This document shows positions 31,030-41,068 of a stretch of DNA of 64,000 bases, piece after piece (position 1 is the first letter of the stretch; each line of letters begins with the position of its first letter). The stretch lies in the IMG/VR virus record IMGVR_UViG_3300028591_000077; one strand, 5' to 3'. This stretch comes from a virus. Its lineage: Duplodnaviria > Heunggongvirae > Uroviricota > Caudoviricetes. Made by a program: the position numbers and the translations under genes. The notes under the pieces are model-generated. The model saw only the letters and a list, made by a program, of their open reading frames with translations, was not told the origin of the DNA and made no database searches.

Positions 31030-32064
31030 ATGAATTTAATAGCAAAGGAATTTTCAAGATACTCTAATTACATAGAGCATAATAAGTTTAAAAATAAGGT
31101 ATTTCTAATAACAGGAGCAAAAGGCTATTTGGCCAGCTCTTTAATTAGATTTTTATTATACCTAAATAAGACTTATAATTTAAACTTATTTATTTATGCT
31201 ACAACTCGAAATCCAGATAATATACCTAATTATGCTGATGAATTTATAAAATATATTAGTTTTGATACTTTTGAATCTTATAATTATGTAAGCAAAATAG
31301 ACTTTGTAATACATACAGCAAATCCAACGTCAAGACTTGAATTTATCAATAATCCACTTGGAACTTTTGATATTATAAATAATGGAACAAGACGTGTGCT
31401 TGAATTCTCAAAAAATCATAATATTAAATCACTATTATATTTGTCCTCAGTGGAAGTCTACGGGAGTCCAAAAACTACTAAAATGGTAAAAGAATCTGAT
31501 TATTTTGCTTTGGACCCAAATGATTTGAGAAACTGCTACCCACTTGGTAAAAAAGTCGCAGAATACTTATGCAATACTTATTATAAACAATTTAATCTAC
31601 CAGTTAATATTGTAAGACCATCATCAGTTCAAGGCTTATTCCAACCTTATACTGAGGATAGAATTTTTAATCAGATTCTTAGATGTATTATTGAGCATAA
31701 AGACTTTATATTCAAAACTAAAGGTGAGACTGCTAAAACATTAATTTATACAATGGATGCCATTACGGGCATGCTTACTATATTGACTTCTGGAAAATAT
31801 GGTGAAACTTATAATCTTACAGATAATAAGACTTTCTTTATGATGAAAGATATTGTTAAAATGATTTTTGAACATTTTAATACGGGTTTACAAGTAAAAT
31901 TTGATTTAGAAGATGATACCAAAACAGGATATATTGCACCGCTTTCATATAATCTTTCAACTGAAAAATTAGAAAGCCTTGGCTGGAAGCCACAGACTGA
32001 CTTATACCATATCTATGAAATTGATTTAAGGAGGTTTAATTATGAAAAATCTAGCAATAATTAA
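31030..32064 (+). CDS. NAD-dependent epimerase/dehydratase/reductase (extended SDR)
   Basis: ITGAKGYLA, LYLSSVEVYG, YPLGK (YxxxK), GETYN, LGWKP. Confidence 0.88.
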   Translation: MNLIAKEFSRYSNYIEHNKFKNKVFLITGAKGYLASSLIRFLLYLNKTYNLNLFIYATTRNPDNIPNYADEFIKYISFDTFESYNYVSKIDFVIHTANPTSRLEFINNPLGTFDIINNGTRRVLEFSKNHNIKSLLYLSSVEVYGSPKTTKMVKESDYFALDPNDLRNCYPLGKKVAEYLCNTYYKQFNLPVNIVRPSSVQGLFQPYTEDRIFNQILRCIIEHKDFIFKTKGETAKTLIYTMDAITGMLTILTSGKYGETYNLTDNKTFFMMKDIVKMIFEHFNTGLQVKFDLEDDTKTGYIAPLSYNLSTEKLESLGWKPQTDLYHIYEIDLRRFNYEKSSNN

Positions 32065-32764
32065 AATCGCCGGAAAGGGAACAAGAGTTCACACTGACAT
32101 TCCAAAACAATTTGTAGAAGTTCATGGTAAACCAATATTTATTTATACTTTAGAAGCTTTTGAGCAATCTAATTTAACTGATGCTATTTCAGTAGTAACA
32201 TCAAAAGAGTGACTTGATTTTGTAAAAGAAAATTGTAAAAAATTTAACATTACAAAAGCAAAGTTCTTCTGCTTGGGTGATGAAAAATATGGAAATGGTA
32301 GCACATTCAATGGTTATAAAGAAGCATTAAATAATGGATATTTTCCTGACTATATAATTTCTCATGATGGTGTCAGAGCTTTAATTACTCCAGAAGATAT
32401 TGATGGCTGCATTAAAAAGTGTGTCGGCTCAGATAATGGAATTAGCCAAATGGCTAAGGAGCTAACTGGTTCAGTATTATTCAAAAATGATCATTGGAAT
32501 GTTATTAATAGAAATGAAGTATTAGAACTTGCAACACCAATTGTGCTAAAGAACAGAATTTTTGATAGACTCTATACTTACTATCAAATAGCTACTGATG
32601 AACAAAAAGAAAAATGGTTTGGGCTAGATACTATGTTTATGGAAGAATTTGCTCATTGCATTACTCCATATGTCAGTGATAAACTAAACTTTAAAATTAC
32701 TACTGATAATGACTTAAAATTCTTTAAAGACTTAATTGAAGTAAGAGGTAACCATTATGAGTAA
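32042..32764 (+). CDS. IspD/TarI-like polyol-phosphate cytidylyltransferase (TGA 32210 = Trp)
   Basis: AGKGTRV..DIPKQF...GKPIFIYTLEAF, SHDGVR, NFKITT. Confidence 0.88.
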
Positions 32765-33917
32765 ATATATGATTTTTTATGACAGAGGTTATAGAGCCCA
32801 AGATAATGCTGAGCATCTTTGTAGATGGGTTATGAAAAATCACCCGGAAATTAAAACAGGTTATATTTTAAATAGTAATTCATATGACTGAAAAAGACTT
32901 GAAAAAGAAGGCTTTCATTTAATAGACGGTTTATGCAAAGTAGTAACACATAGAGAATTACTTAAATGTGATTATGCTTGCTCTTCTATATTTAATGAAG
33001 GAATCTGGCTAGATTTTTCAGGCTGTCATTGTAAACGCATCTTTTTAAATCATGGGCTATTCTTAGTACCTATTAACTATATTAAAGCTGAATGTAACAA
33101 TGTTGATTTATTTATTGCTACTAATAAAATTGAGTACTTTAATCTATTAGACCCATTCCATAAATTAACGCCTGAACAAGTAGCCCTTTGTGGCCAGCCA
33201 CGTCAAGATAATTTAGTTAGACAACAATTAGCCCCGCATAAAGAAAATACTATCTTAATTCAATTCTGACAAAGACCAGGTGATTGGTGTAAAAATGATA
33301 ATAAAAAGTTTTTAGAATCAATATTTTATAAAAAAACTTGTGAGTTATTAACTAATAAAAAATTACTTTATCTTTGTAAAAAGAATGACTTAAAATTAGT
33401 ATTTAAAATGCATCCAATTCAATATGACTGACTAAAATACTATAAAAAATATGAATCTGACTTTGTTGAAATAAGTGATATTACAAAACCATTTGAGCCT
33501 GAATTTATTAAAAGTAAGTTTATAATAACAGATATTAGTTCGAATGCTTATGAAATGGCTAAGATAAATAAGCCTTGTATTTATTTTGAACCTGATGCAA
33601 AAGACCTATTTTCTTGAAGAGCACAAAGAAATGGTAAGATAGAATTTGATCTTGATCACAACAGCATTGGTCCCGTAATTTATGACTCAGTAGATAAGCT
33701 AGTCGATGAAATTGAAACATTAATACACAATAATTATAAGCTTGCACAAATATATCTTGATAGACGTAATAGTCAACTGGCTTTTTTGAATAACATGGAT
33801 AACTGTAGTCGTTGTTTTAATGCAATATTAAATGTTAATAAATCAAGAACAGCTGAAAAAACAGCTGAAGAAGAAGCTAAAAAAGCTGCCGCTGAAGAGC
33901 ATTATCTATATTTTTAA
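32757..33917 (+). CDS. TagF/TagB-like CDP-polyol phosphotransferase (TGA 32889, 33267, 33429, 33615 = Trp); absent from the ORF track
   Basis: YDR..RAQDNAEHL, DWKRLEKEGF, IFLNHG, GQPRQD, QFWQR, FKMHP, IITDISSNAYE, KPCIYF; ends YLYF. Confidence 0.85.
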
Positions 33918-33930
33918 AGGAGATAACGCT

Positions 33931-34632
33931 ATGTTACAATTTATGCAAATATATGGAAATTGCACTGCTGTTCATTGTCTTGGTCTAAATCGCATTAAAG
34001 GTCCTGTTGATAATGTTCAAACGAAAAATTATAAAGTAATTGAGCTACTACTAACAAATAAATATTTTGATTATATAAAAAATGCTCAATTTGAACAAAC
34101 AAGTAGACCTGCTGGTTTTAGTGGTGACTCAAATATTGCCTACTCAACACCAATAGTTAGAATAGTCCATAATAATCCGCTAACTGATAAATATTTAAGT
34201 AATCTAAAAGTAAGATGTAAAAATTTTAATAATTTTATAAAAAACTTAGATGATACTAAATTTTTAATTTATGCTATAAATATTTATGATATAAAAGAAG
34301 ATCATACTCTTCGAGGAAATAACTTAATTACAAATATAGAATATCTTAAAAAAGTAAGATTACTTGACAAAGTTATTTTTATAGGTTCACGCGGCAATAG
34401 CTGAAGCAATTTCTGGTCAAATAGCCTTGAACCAATTATAAAAAAATATAATTTAAAATATATAGAAATGACTGGTATTAAAGCAATGAAAGATGCTACA
34501 CCAGAATATTTTGAAAAATTATATAAGCAATTTTATACTAAAGCTGAAGCTATAATAAAAAACAAAGCTAACAAAAAACCAAAAAATAAAGAAACTAAAA
34601 AAGAAGAACAAACCTATTATTTATACTTCTAG
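33931..34632 (+). CDS. DUF1796-like (papain-fold) protein (TGA 34402 = Trp)
   Basis: YGNCTAVHCLG..RIKGPVD...LLLTNKYFD and IVHN...LKVRCKNF resemble the DUF1796 G.nC...PFDW...H...RR pattern; ends YLYF. Confidence 0.55.
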
Positions 34633-34643
34633 GAGGCATAATT

Positions 34644-35432
34644 ATGAAAATATGTTTCGGAATACCAAGCTGGCTACCAGATAAAGAACCTGATAGAACA
34701 CAGCGTAGAGAAAGAATCAATAGATTATTTAAACAACTCAATGATTTTTGGCCAGACATTGATATTTTGGTTATTGCCCAAAATTGGCAAGATTTTAAGC
34801 CGATAGAGACACGAAATAAACAAGTAATAAAAGAATATAAGCCATTAGGAATTCTGCTCGCCAGAAAGACTTTAAGAGAAGAATTCTTAAAATTGAATTA
34901 TGATTATATTATTATGTTTGACGATGATGCAATAATTCAATGTGATAACAATCATGCACATATTGATTTTATTAATGAAATCGTTAAGCATCCGCAAGGT
35001 TTTTGCTTTATTCATGGTAAAAACAGCAAGTATCATCCATATATTGGTGCTCAACTAAATCTTTGTGCAATCTCAAAATTTATTTATGAACAAGAACAAA
35101 TGGTAGACATTGACCCACAGAAAGACGAAGGTTATGAAGACAGCATATTCGCCTGCCTGCTACATCATAAATATGGCAAATATGAGTTTATGCCACCAGC
35201 AACCATAAGACCTATACAGTGGATGAATAGAAAAGAACAAATAGCATCTACTTGATCTGATGATAAAAATAATGGCCATTGGGCTGTAATGAATAAAAAC
35301 ACTAATAGAATTCAAGAATATATAGTTACCTATAAAAAATTTCCTGAAAACTATAAGAAAATGATAGAAGCCTACGAAGAGCCTAACTATGATACAAGCT
35401 GAGTGAAAGAAGATACTTATTTATATTTCTAA
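34644..35432 (+). CDS. GT-A fold glycosyltransferase (TGA 35253, 35400 = Trp)
   Basis: FGIPS, GILLARKTLRE, YIIMFDDD, GYEDSIF; ends YLYF. Confidence 0.75.
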
Positions 35433-35436
35433 AAAA

Positions 35437-35468
35437 TGCTAAATTAAATGTTATTATCGTATAATATA
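35437..35468 (+). promoter_or_regulatory. tandem late-type and TATAAT-type promoters
   Basis: TGCTAAATTAAATG at 35437 and CGTATAATATA at 35458. Confidence 0.5.
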
Positions 35469-35482
35469 TGTGAGGTGTTTTA

Positions 35483-36268
35483 ATGCAAGAAATATCAAAA
35501 CATGATATCTTAGCCAATTGGAACAATGAAAATTGGGAAGGTTGGCATTCAGAAAAGTATGTTAAAGCTCGTGCTAAAAATAAAAACACCGTTCGGGATG
35601 ATAAATATTTAAGAGAAAATATTATATCAAAGTTTCCTATCACAACTGAAATATTATCATTAAAAGAAATTAATGAAAATTGGCATAATGAAGATTGGTG
35701 GAAAACCAATATTGGAAATGTCATTAATTTATTTGATAATATGTATGTTAAGAAAGGAATAAAATCCTGTAGCGGAATCTATGCGAGCTGGTTAACAAGA
35801 TTAACGCAGTATGATATAACGAGAATAGCTGAAAAAACTGTAGCAAAAAACAAAGGCTACGACTGAAACGAAGCTGGGCATTCTTATATTCATACAGGGC
35901 ATGCGACGCCAGAAGAAGCACAGCCGGACTTTAAAGATAAAGACGGACAAGACATTGAGCTAAAAGTTTGTGAAAATGAGAATTCAATAGTATATCATTA
36001 TTTTAAGAAATTAAAAAATAGCTTTGATTATACTAAACAACATGATTTTCACGGAGCGCAAAAAGCTCTATTTTTAACAAAAGCTGCTCCACATAAGCTA
36101 TATGCTATCGATTTAAACTCTATAGACGACCTGGCCTTACAAATAGGCGAAGATATAGAGCTTGATATTATTCCAACAAAGAATGGTAAAATCATAAATA
36201 AAGATGATTTACCAGCTGTCCCACCTGCTATTTTATTCGGTTTAACGCCAGCATGGGCTAAAAAGTAA
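35483..36268 (+). CDS. putative PD-(D/E)XK endonuclease (TGA 35864 = Trp)
   Basis: IAEK...QPDFKDKDGQDIELKVC; GAGGTG RBS. Confidence 0.55.
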
Positions 36269-36321
36269 TTAAAAAATTAGAGAGTATTATTGATTTATGC
36301 ATAATACTTTCTTTTTTTATT

Positions 36322-36336
36322 CGCTAAATTATATGA
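36322..36336 (+). promoter_or_regulatory. phage late promoter motif
   Basis: CGCTAAATTATATGA. Confidence 0.7.
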
Positions 36337-36358
36337 TAAGTTGTCAGGAGGATCGTTA

Positions 36359-37081
36359 ATGAAGTTACAAGAAGTAATCGATGAAATCAAACTTGAATTG
36401 ACCGGTTCCGTTCTTGAAATGGAAATTGAAGATGCTACTATTAAACAAATCGTAAACAAAGTTCTCAGAGAGCTTGAAAGATTCTGGGACGAGACTACGA
36501 TGATTACGATTCCATTCGCATCTTGCATCGATTTGTCTGGCAGTGACTTCTATGAACGCGTAAGCTCAATTGTGAAAGTATATCGTGTCCAAGGCCTTGG
36601 AGAAGGCGGAGACGGCGTAAATGCAATGACTGACCCATTATATATGCAACAATATATGATATTCAGCAACGGCGGCACGATGTATAATCTACAAGATTAT
36701 ATCATGAACTATGCATCATGGATTACATTGTCAAAAATCAAAAATACCATTTCAACAGACATGTCATTCAAAGAAGACCGACACAACAATAAATTATATA
36801 TTAATAATTATATGTCTTCACCTGGATATGTAACTATCGAATACATCCCTAAATTAAAATCCGTTGAGGATATTAAAAGTGATTATTGAATCGATATCCT
36901 GGTAAGAATGAGCGTCGCCTTAACAAAGGTTGTGGTTGGTAGAATCAGAACAAGATTCACGCAAGCCGGAGCCCTTTGGACACAAGATGGCGAAAAAATC
37001 CTCGAAGAGGGTAATACAGAACTAAAAGAACTTAGAGAAGTTCTAAGAGCAAATTCCAATCTAGTCTATCCAATAGATTAG
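36359..37081 (+). CDS. Neck/head-tail adaptor, gp13-like (TGA 36887 = Trp)
   Basis: C-terminal YWIDILVRMSVALTKVVVGRIRTRF...DGEKILEEGNTELKELREVL resembles the T4 gp13 W.K.YA.AL.K...G...DG..l.eEa..E...LREeL pattern. Confidence 0.8.
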
Positions 37082-37112
37082 TGAAATAAAGAGAAAATAA
37101 GGAGAAACCTAA

Positions 37113-40100
37113 ATGGAAAAAGAACCTGTTACAAAATTTGATCTTGAAGCCGCTTTTAAAGCTTTGGATGAACTAGATATTCCCGTAGCTGAAAAAGGTA
37201 TTGCAGCTAACAGAGTCAATCTAACTGAGACTTTCGCTAATGCTAGAAACAACAAGCTTAAAACCGAAATTCTCATTGAAGATTACTATGACTTAAATAG
37301 TGAAGAAGATTTAGAGCAAGCCAAGACAGACAGAGAAGATGAAATTGCAAAAGCAAAACTTGCAAGAATCGAAAAAATCGTTGATTTAGATGCTGAATCA
37401 CCAGAAGATTTACAACCATCTTATGTTGGTAAAGTAATTATTCAATGTCCACAATGTATGACTTTATTCTATAAAGACCCAGCTGATATTGAACCTTCTG
37501 AAGATGATGAATCAGTCGTTAACATCAATGAAGTTTGCCAGCACTGTGGCAATGCGTCCGGTTATAATGTAATCGGTAAGGTTGATGCTGTTTCTGAAGA
37601 TGAGACTGCAAATTATGATGAAGCAGAAACCGAAGAAGCTCCAGTTGAAGAAGATGAATTAAGCCTTGACTTCGAAGAACCAACAGAAGAAGTCGATGCC
37701 GAAGGAACTGGCGAAGCAGAAACTACTCTTGAAGAACCAACAGAAGAGACCGAAGATGCATTAAATCTTGACTTCACTGATACTGAAGAAGAGGAAGAAA
37801 AAGAAGAGGAAGAAAAGAAAGAAGAATCCTTAAACCATTCTAAAGTTGAAAGAGAAGCTGAAGAAGGTAGTGAACTTTTCACAGACAATAAATCTGATAA
37901 TCTAACACTTAATGAAGATACTGCAGATGAAAGCTTAAACAATTCAGAAGCTCAAAAAGAAGCTGAAAAAACTTCTGAACTTAAAACAGAAAATGAGTCT
38001 GAAAATTTAACTCTTAATGAAGAGGGCAATGCAAAATGGAAAGCCCTTTCCAACAAACCAAGAGATTTATTATCAAGAATCAAAGATGACCCAAATTATA
38101 AAGCCACTGATAAATATGTTTTCTATGGAACAGATGCAGACGGCAAAGTCCTTGCAGCTGTAAACTATGAGCATACAAGCGATAAAATCAGTGATTTAAA
38201 AGCTGAAAGAAATAAAGTCTTTGATAAGGATGAAAAGATTGAAACAGTCTATGTCTCAAGATTCTTCCATAACGAAAAAGAAAATAAAGATGAAGAAGTA
38301 GAAGTTGATTCATATATGATTTCTCGTAATAAAGTCGATGAATCCTTAGAATTAACAGAAGCTTCCGTCAAAGACTTAGATGCAAAATTAAAAGCACACA
38401 ATGACTATATTAATTATCTTAAAAAGATGATTTCACAAGAAGAAGCTGCTTTAAAATCCACAACAAACGAAGAAGTTAAAGCCGCAATTCAAAGACGTCT
38501 TGATGCATTCAACGATGACTTAAACAAAGCACTTCCAGAAGCCGTTAAAAACGATTTAGCTGCTGATGAGCTTCCAACTCCAGAAGAAACTTCTGTTGAA
38601 GAAATTGAAGCTACAGAAGAAACAACAGAATCTGTAAATAAGTCTGAAAATACTGCCGAAATTGCAAAAGACGAATTACCAGATGCAAAGACATTACATG
38701 AAGATGTAATTACTGTTAAGGTTGATACTGCTGATGGTGGTACTCCAATTGTTACTGTTGAACAAGAGCCTTCTGCTCCAATTGAAGAGCCTATTGCAGC
38801 ACCTGCTTGCGTTGGCCCAGAATGCGAAGCGCCTGTCACAGAGCCTTGCGTAGGTCCAGAATGCGAAGTCGTTCCACCTGCAGTTGCTAATATCCCAGCA
38901 GTTGAAGAACCAGTCGTAACTGATGATGTTGAAGCTGGAATGACTGCAGACGCAAATTCTGCAGTTGATGAATTAGCCGCTGAATTTGGCATCGATAGCG
39001 ATGTTGCTGTTGTTGAGCCAGGTGAGGCTGCTGAAGAAACAGCTGAAGTTGAAGAGACTAAAGAAGATGATGACGATGACGATGATGATGATGATGACAA
39101 AGGCGGTTCTGGTGAAGCTCCTGTAGATGAAGGAATTTTATCCGCTGCTGGCAGCGTTGTTAATGGCGTTGTCGATGGCGTCAAAAATCTTTTAGCAAGC
39201 GATGAAGCTGAAAAAAAGGATTTAGAAGAATGCTCTAAAGTAACTGAAGATACTGCTGAAGATGCTCTTATGCATGAATTAAAAACTCCAGTTTCTGAAG
39301 ACGAAGTTAGAGCTATGATGTCCGATTTAAGAACTGAAGACATTAATATTACAAATAATGACTCTCCAGCGAGAGTTGATAATAGAACAGTTGACAATAC
39401 AACAGAAGCTCCTACAACCGAAGAAAAACCTGTTGAAGAAGGAATTCTTGGTGCAGTCGGTGATGTAGTTGGCGGTGTTGTTGACGGTGTTGAAAATTTA
39501 TTAGCCAGTGATGAAGCTGAAAAGAAAAGCATGGATGAATGCGCTAAAACTGAAGAAGGCTTAGGCTTATTCGGTATTGGTGACGTCAATGTTAACTTAG
39601 ATGCCTCTGGACAAAATAATGCTGTTGGTGTTGGCGGTGGTGAAGGTAAGACCGAAGAATTAGAAAAAGAAGGCTTACTTCCAGATGGACTCCCAACTCC
39701 TCCAGTAAAAGTTCCTGGATTAACCGAAGATGAAGAAGCTAAAGAAGACTTACAAGAAGGTCAAAAAATTGATGAAATCTTTGGTTGGTCAAAAAAAGAA
39801 AAAGAAGAAAAAGTAAATAAATTAGCTGACTCTTTATTTAAAGAATATACTATTCGTCTTTGGGACAAAAAGAGTGAGACACAAGATTGTCGTACATTTA
39901 AAGTTGCCTCAGATAGAGCCAGCATAGAAAGTACTTATAGCAACGATTATCATAAAGATACACTTGCAGAAGCAAGAGTACTAGCTGCTAATCTATCAAA
40001 AGGTGCTAAAAATCCTATTGCCGATATCTATGGTGGTCATGTTGAAGCTAATAAATTTACAAATTTAATTTTAACATATTTCAAAGGTAATGAACTTACT

Positions 40101-40994
40101 GAAAAAGATTTAAAGACTCCAGGTGATAGTAATGGTTGGTCAGGTGAAAAATCAAATACTGCATTTGCTATTACAGCAGATGGTGACTTTGATAAAGAAG
40201 GTGGTAAAAATATTGTAGTTAGCGCCGGCAATCGTATTAATCTTGAAGCAGAATTAGCAAACCGTGCTAATGATGAAGAAAAAGAAAAAGCTAAAAAAGA
40301 TGATGAAGAGAGAACCAAACAAAAGAATGAATTAAGTCTTAGTGAAACTCTTAAAAAATGTAATTATACTGGTAAATGGATTCTAAAGGACAAGAGCAAT
40401 AATCCATTAGAAGTGAATAGCGAATTTGCAAGAGAAAAAGTAGATGAAATGCTTGCTCAAGCAAAAACAGCAAGTGCTTATATGACAGTATATATCTGTG
40501 CAGAACCAGATTGGAAACTTATTAAAGTATTCAAAGGCACTGCTGAAAAAGAAGCTGGTGCCAAAGGATATGACGCATTTGTTACTGCATTCCCAATTAC
40601 AGAATCTATTGCAAAAAATACTGCAGATCTAAGCCTTTTCGAAGATTTAGACGAAGAAACAGTAGTCAAACATATTTCTAGCTCATTAACAAAAGTATAT
40701 GAAAATGTTAATAAATTTGAAATTAAAGAATGCTACTTAGAAAATAACAAATTTATAATCGAAGGCAATATTGTATTTAAATCTGCAAAAGTAAAACCTA
40801 CAAAATATGTCTTTACAGAAGCAGTTATAAACGATGAACATAAACTCGTTTTAACCGGCATTAATGAAAGCCTTACCAATGATGGTGTATTTATATTAAC
40901 ATGTGCTATCGATGGCGCAAAACTAACCGCAGAAAATCTTGCTTATAAGTATACTGTGAATAACACATTAGTTGAAGGCTATACAAACAAGTAA
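37113..40994 (+). CDS. 1293-aa acidic protein with zinc ribbon, internal repeats and many L/V/I-x-E sites (putative processed internal head polyprotein)
   Basis: CPQC...CQHC; duplicated 32-aa (37821-37916 / 37926-38021) and 38-aa (39120-39233 / 39429-39542) units; run of 11 Asp at 39066-39098. Confidence 0.7.
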   Translation: MEKEPVTKFDLEAAFKALDELDIPVAEKGIAANRVNLTETFANARNNKLKTEILIEDYYDLNSEEDLEQAKTDREDEIAKAKLARIEKIVDLDAESPEDLQPSYVGKVIIQCPQCMTLFYKDPADIEPSEDDESVVNINEVCQHCGNASGYNVIGKVDAVSEDETANYDEAETEEAPVEEDELSLDFEEPTEEVDAEGTGEAETTLEEPTEETEDALNLDFTDTEEEEEKEEEEKKEESLNHSKVEREAEEGSELFTDNKSDNLTLNEDTADESLNNSEAQKEAEKTSELKTENESENLTLNEEGNAKWKALSNKPRDLLSRIKDDPNYKATDKYVFYGTDADGKVLAAVNYEHTSDKISDLKAERNKVFDKDEKIETVYVSRFFHNEKENKDEEVEVDSYMISRNKVDESLELTEASVKDLDAKLKAHNDYINYLKKMISQEEAALKSTTNEEVKAAIQRRLDAFNDDLNKALPEAVKNDLAADELPTPEETSVEEIEATEETTESVNKSENTAEIAKDELPDAKTLHEDVITVKVDTADGGTPIVTVEQEPSAPIEEPIAAPACVGPECEAPVTEPCVGPECEVVPPAVANIPAVEEPVVTDDVEAGMTADANSAVDELAAEFGIDSDVAVVEPGEAAEETAEVEETKEDDDDDDDDDDDKGGSGEAPVDEGILSAAGSVVNGVVDGVKNLLASDEAEKKDLEECSKVTEDTAEDALMHELKTPVSEDEVRAMMSDLRTEDINITNNDSPARVDNRTVDNTTEAPTTEEKPVEEGILGAVGDVVGGVVDGVENLLASDEAEKKSMDECAKTEEGLGLFGIGDVNVNLDASGQNNAVGVGGGEGKTEELEKEGLLPDGLPTPPVKVPGLTEDEEAKEDLQEGQKIDEIFGWSKKEKEEKVNKLADSLFKEYTIRLWDKKSETQDCRTFKVASDRASIESTYSNDYHKDTLAEARVLAANLSKGAKNPIADIYGGHVEANKFTNLILTYFKGNELTEKDLKTPGDSNGWSGEKSNTAFAITADGDFDKEGGKNIVVSAGNRINLEAELANRANDEEKEKAKKDDEERTKQKNELSLSETLKKCNYTGKWILKDKSNNPLEVNSEFAREKVDEMLAQAKTASAYMTVYICAEPDWKLIKVFKGTAEKEAGAKGYDAFVTAFPITESIAKNTADLSLFEDLDEETVVKHISSSLTKVYENVNKFEIKECYLENNKFIIEGNIVFKSAKVKPTKYVFTEAVINDEHKLVLTGINESLTNDGVFILTCAIDGAKLTAENLAYKYTVNNTLVEGYTNK

Positions 40995-41008
40995 TAAAAA
41001 CACTTAAT

Positions 41009-41047
41009 GAGGCTGGTTTTATGAATTATTAGAATCAGCCTCTTATT
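41009..41047 (+). terminator. stem-loop / probable terminator
   Basis: GAGGCTGGTTTT...AGAATCAGCCTC followed by TTATT. Confidence 0.55.
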
Positions 41048-41068
41048 GAATTATGGAGGTTATAAATA

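Noticed and set aside
33832-33930. Upstream extension of the DUF1796-like ORF given in the track
   Set aside because: It overlaps the TagF C-terminus; the real start is ATG 33931 after AAGGAG.
35594-35596. Possible additional reassignment of rare Arg codons (CGG/AGG), as reported for some uncultured Bacilli
   Set aside because: CGG is too rare here to judge by eye and the AGG positions I checked are compatible with Arg; this needs a Codetta-type analysis.
39066-39098. GAT/GAC microsatellite as a phase-variation tract
   Set aside because: It is an in-frame triplet poly-Asp run with mixed codons, so length change would not switch expression.
38489-39589. 366-aa minus-strand ORF
   Set aside because: Ser-rich antisense shadow of the Glu-rich 1293-aa gene; no RBS or motifs.
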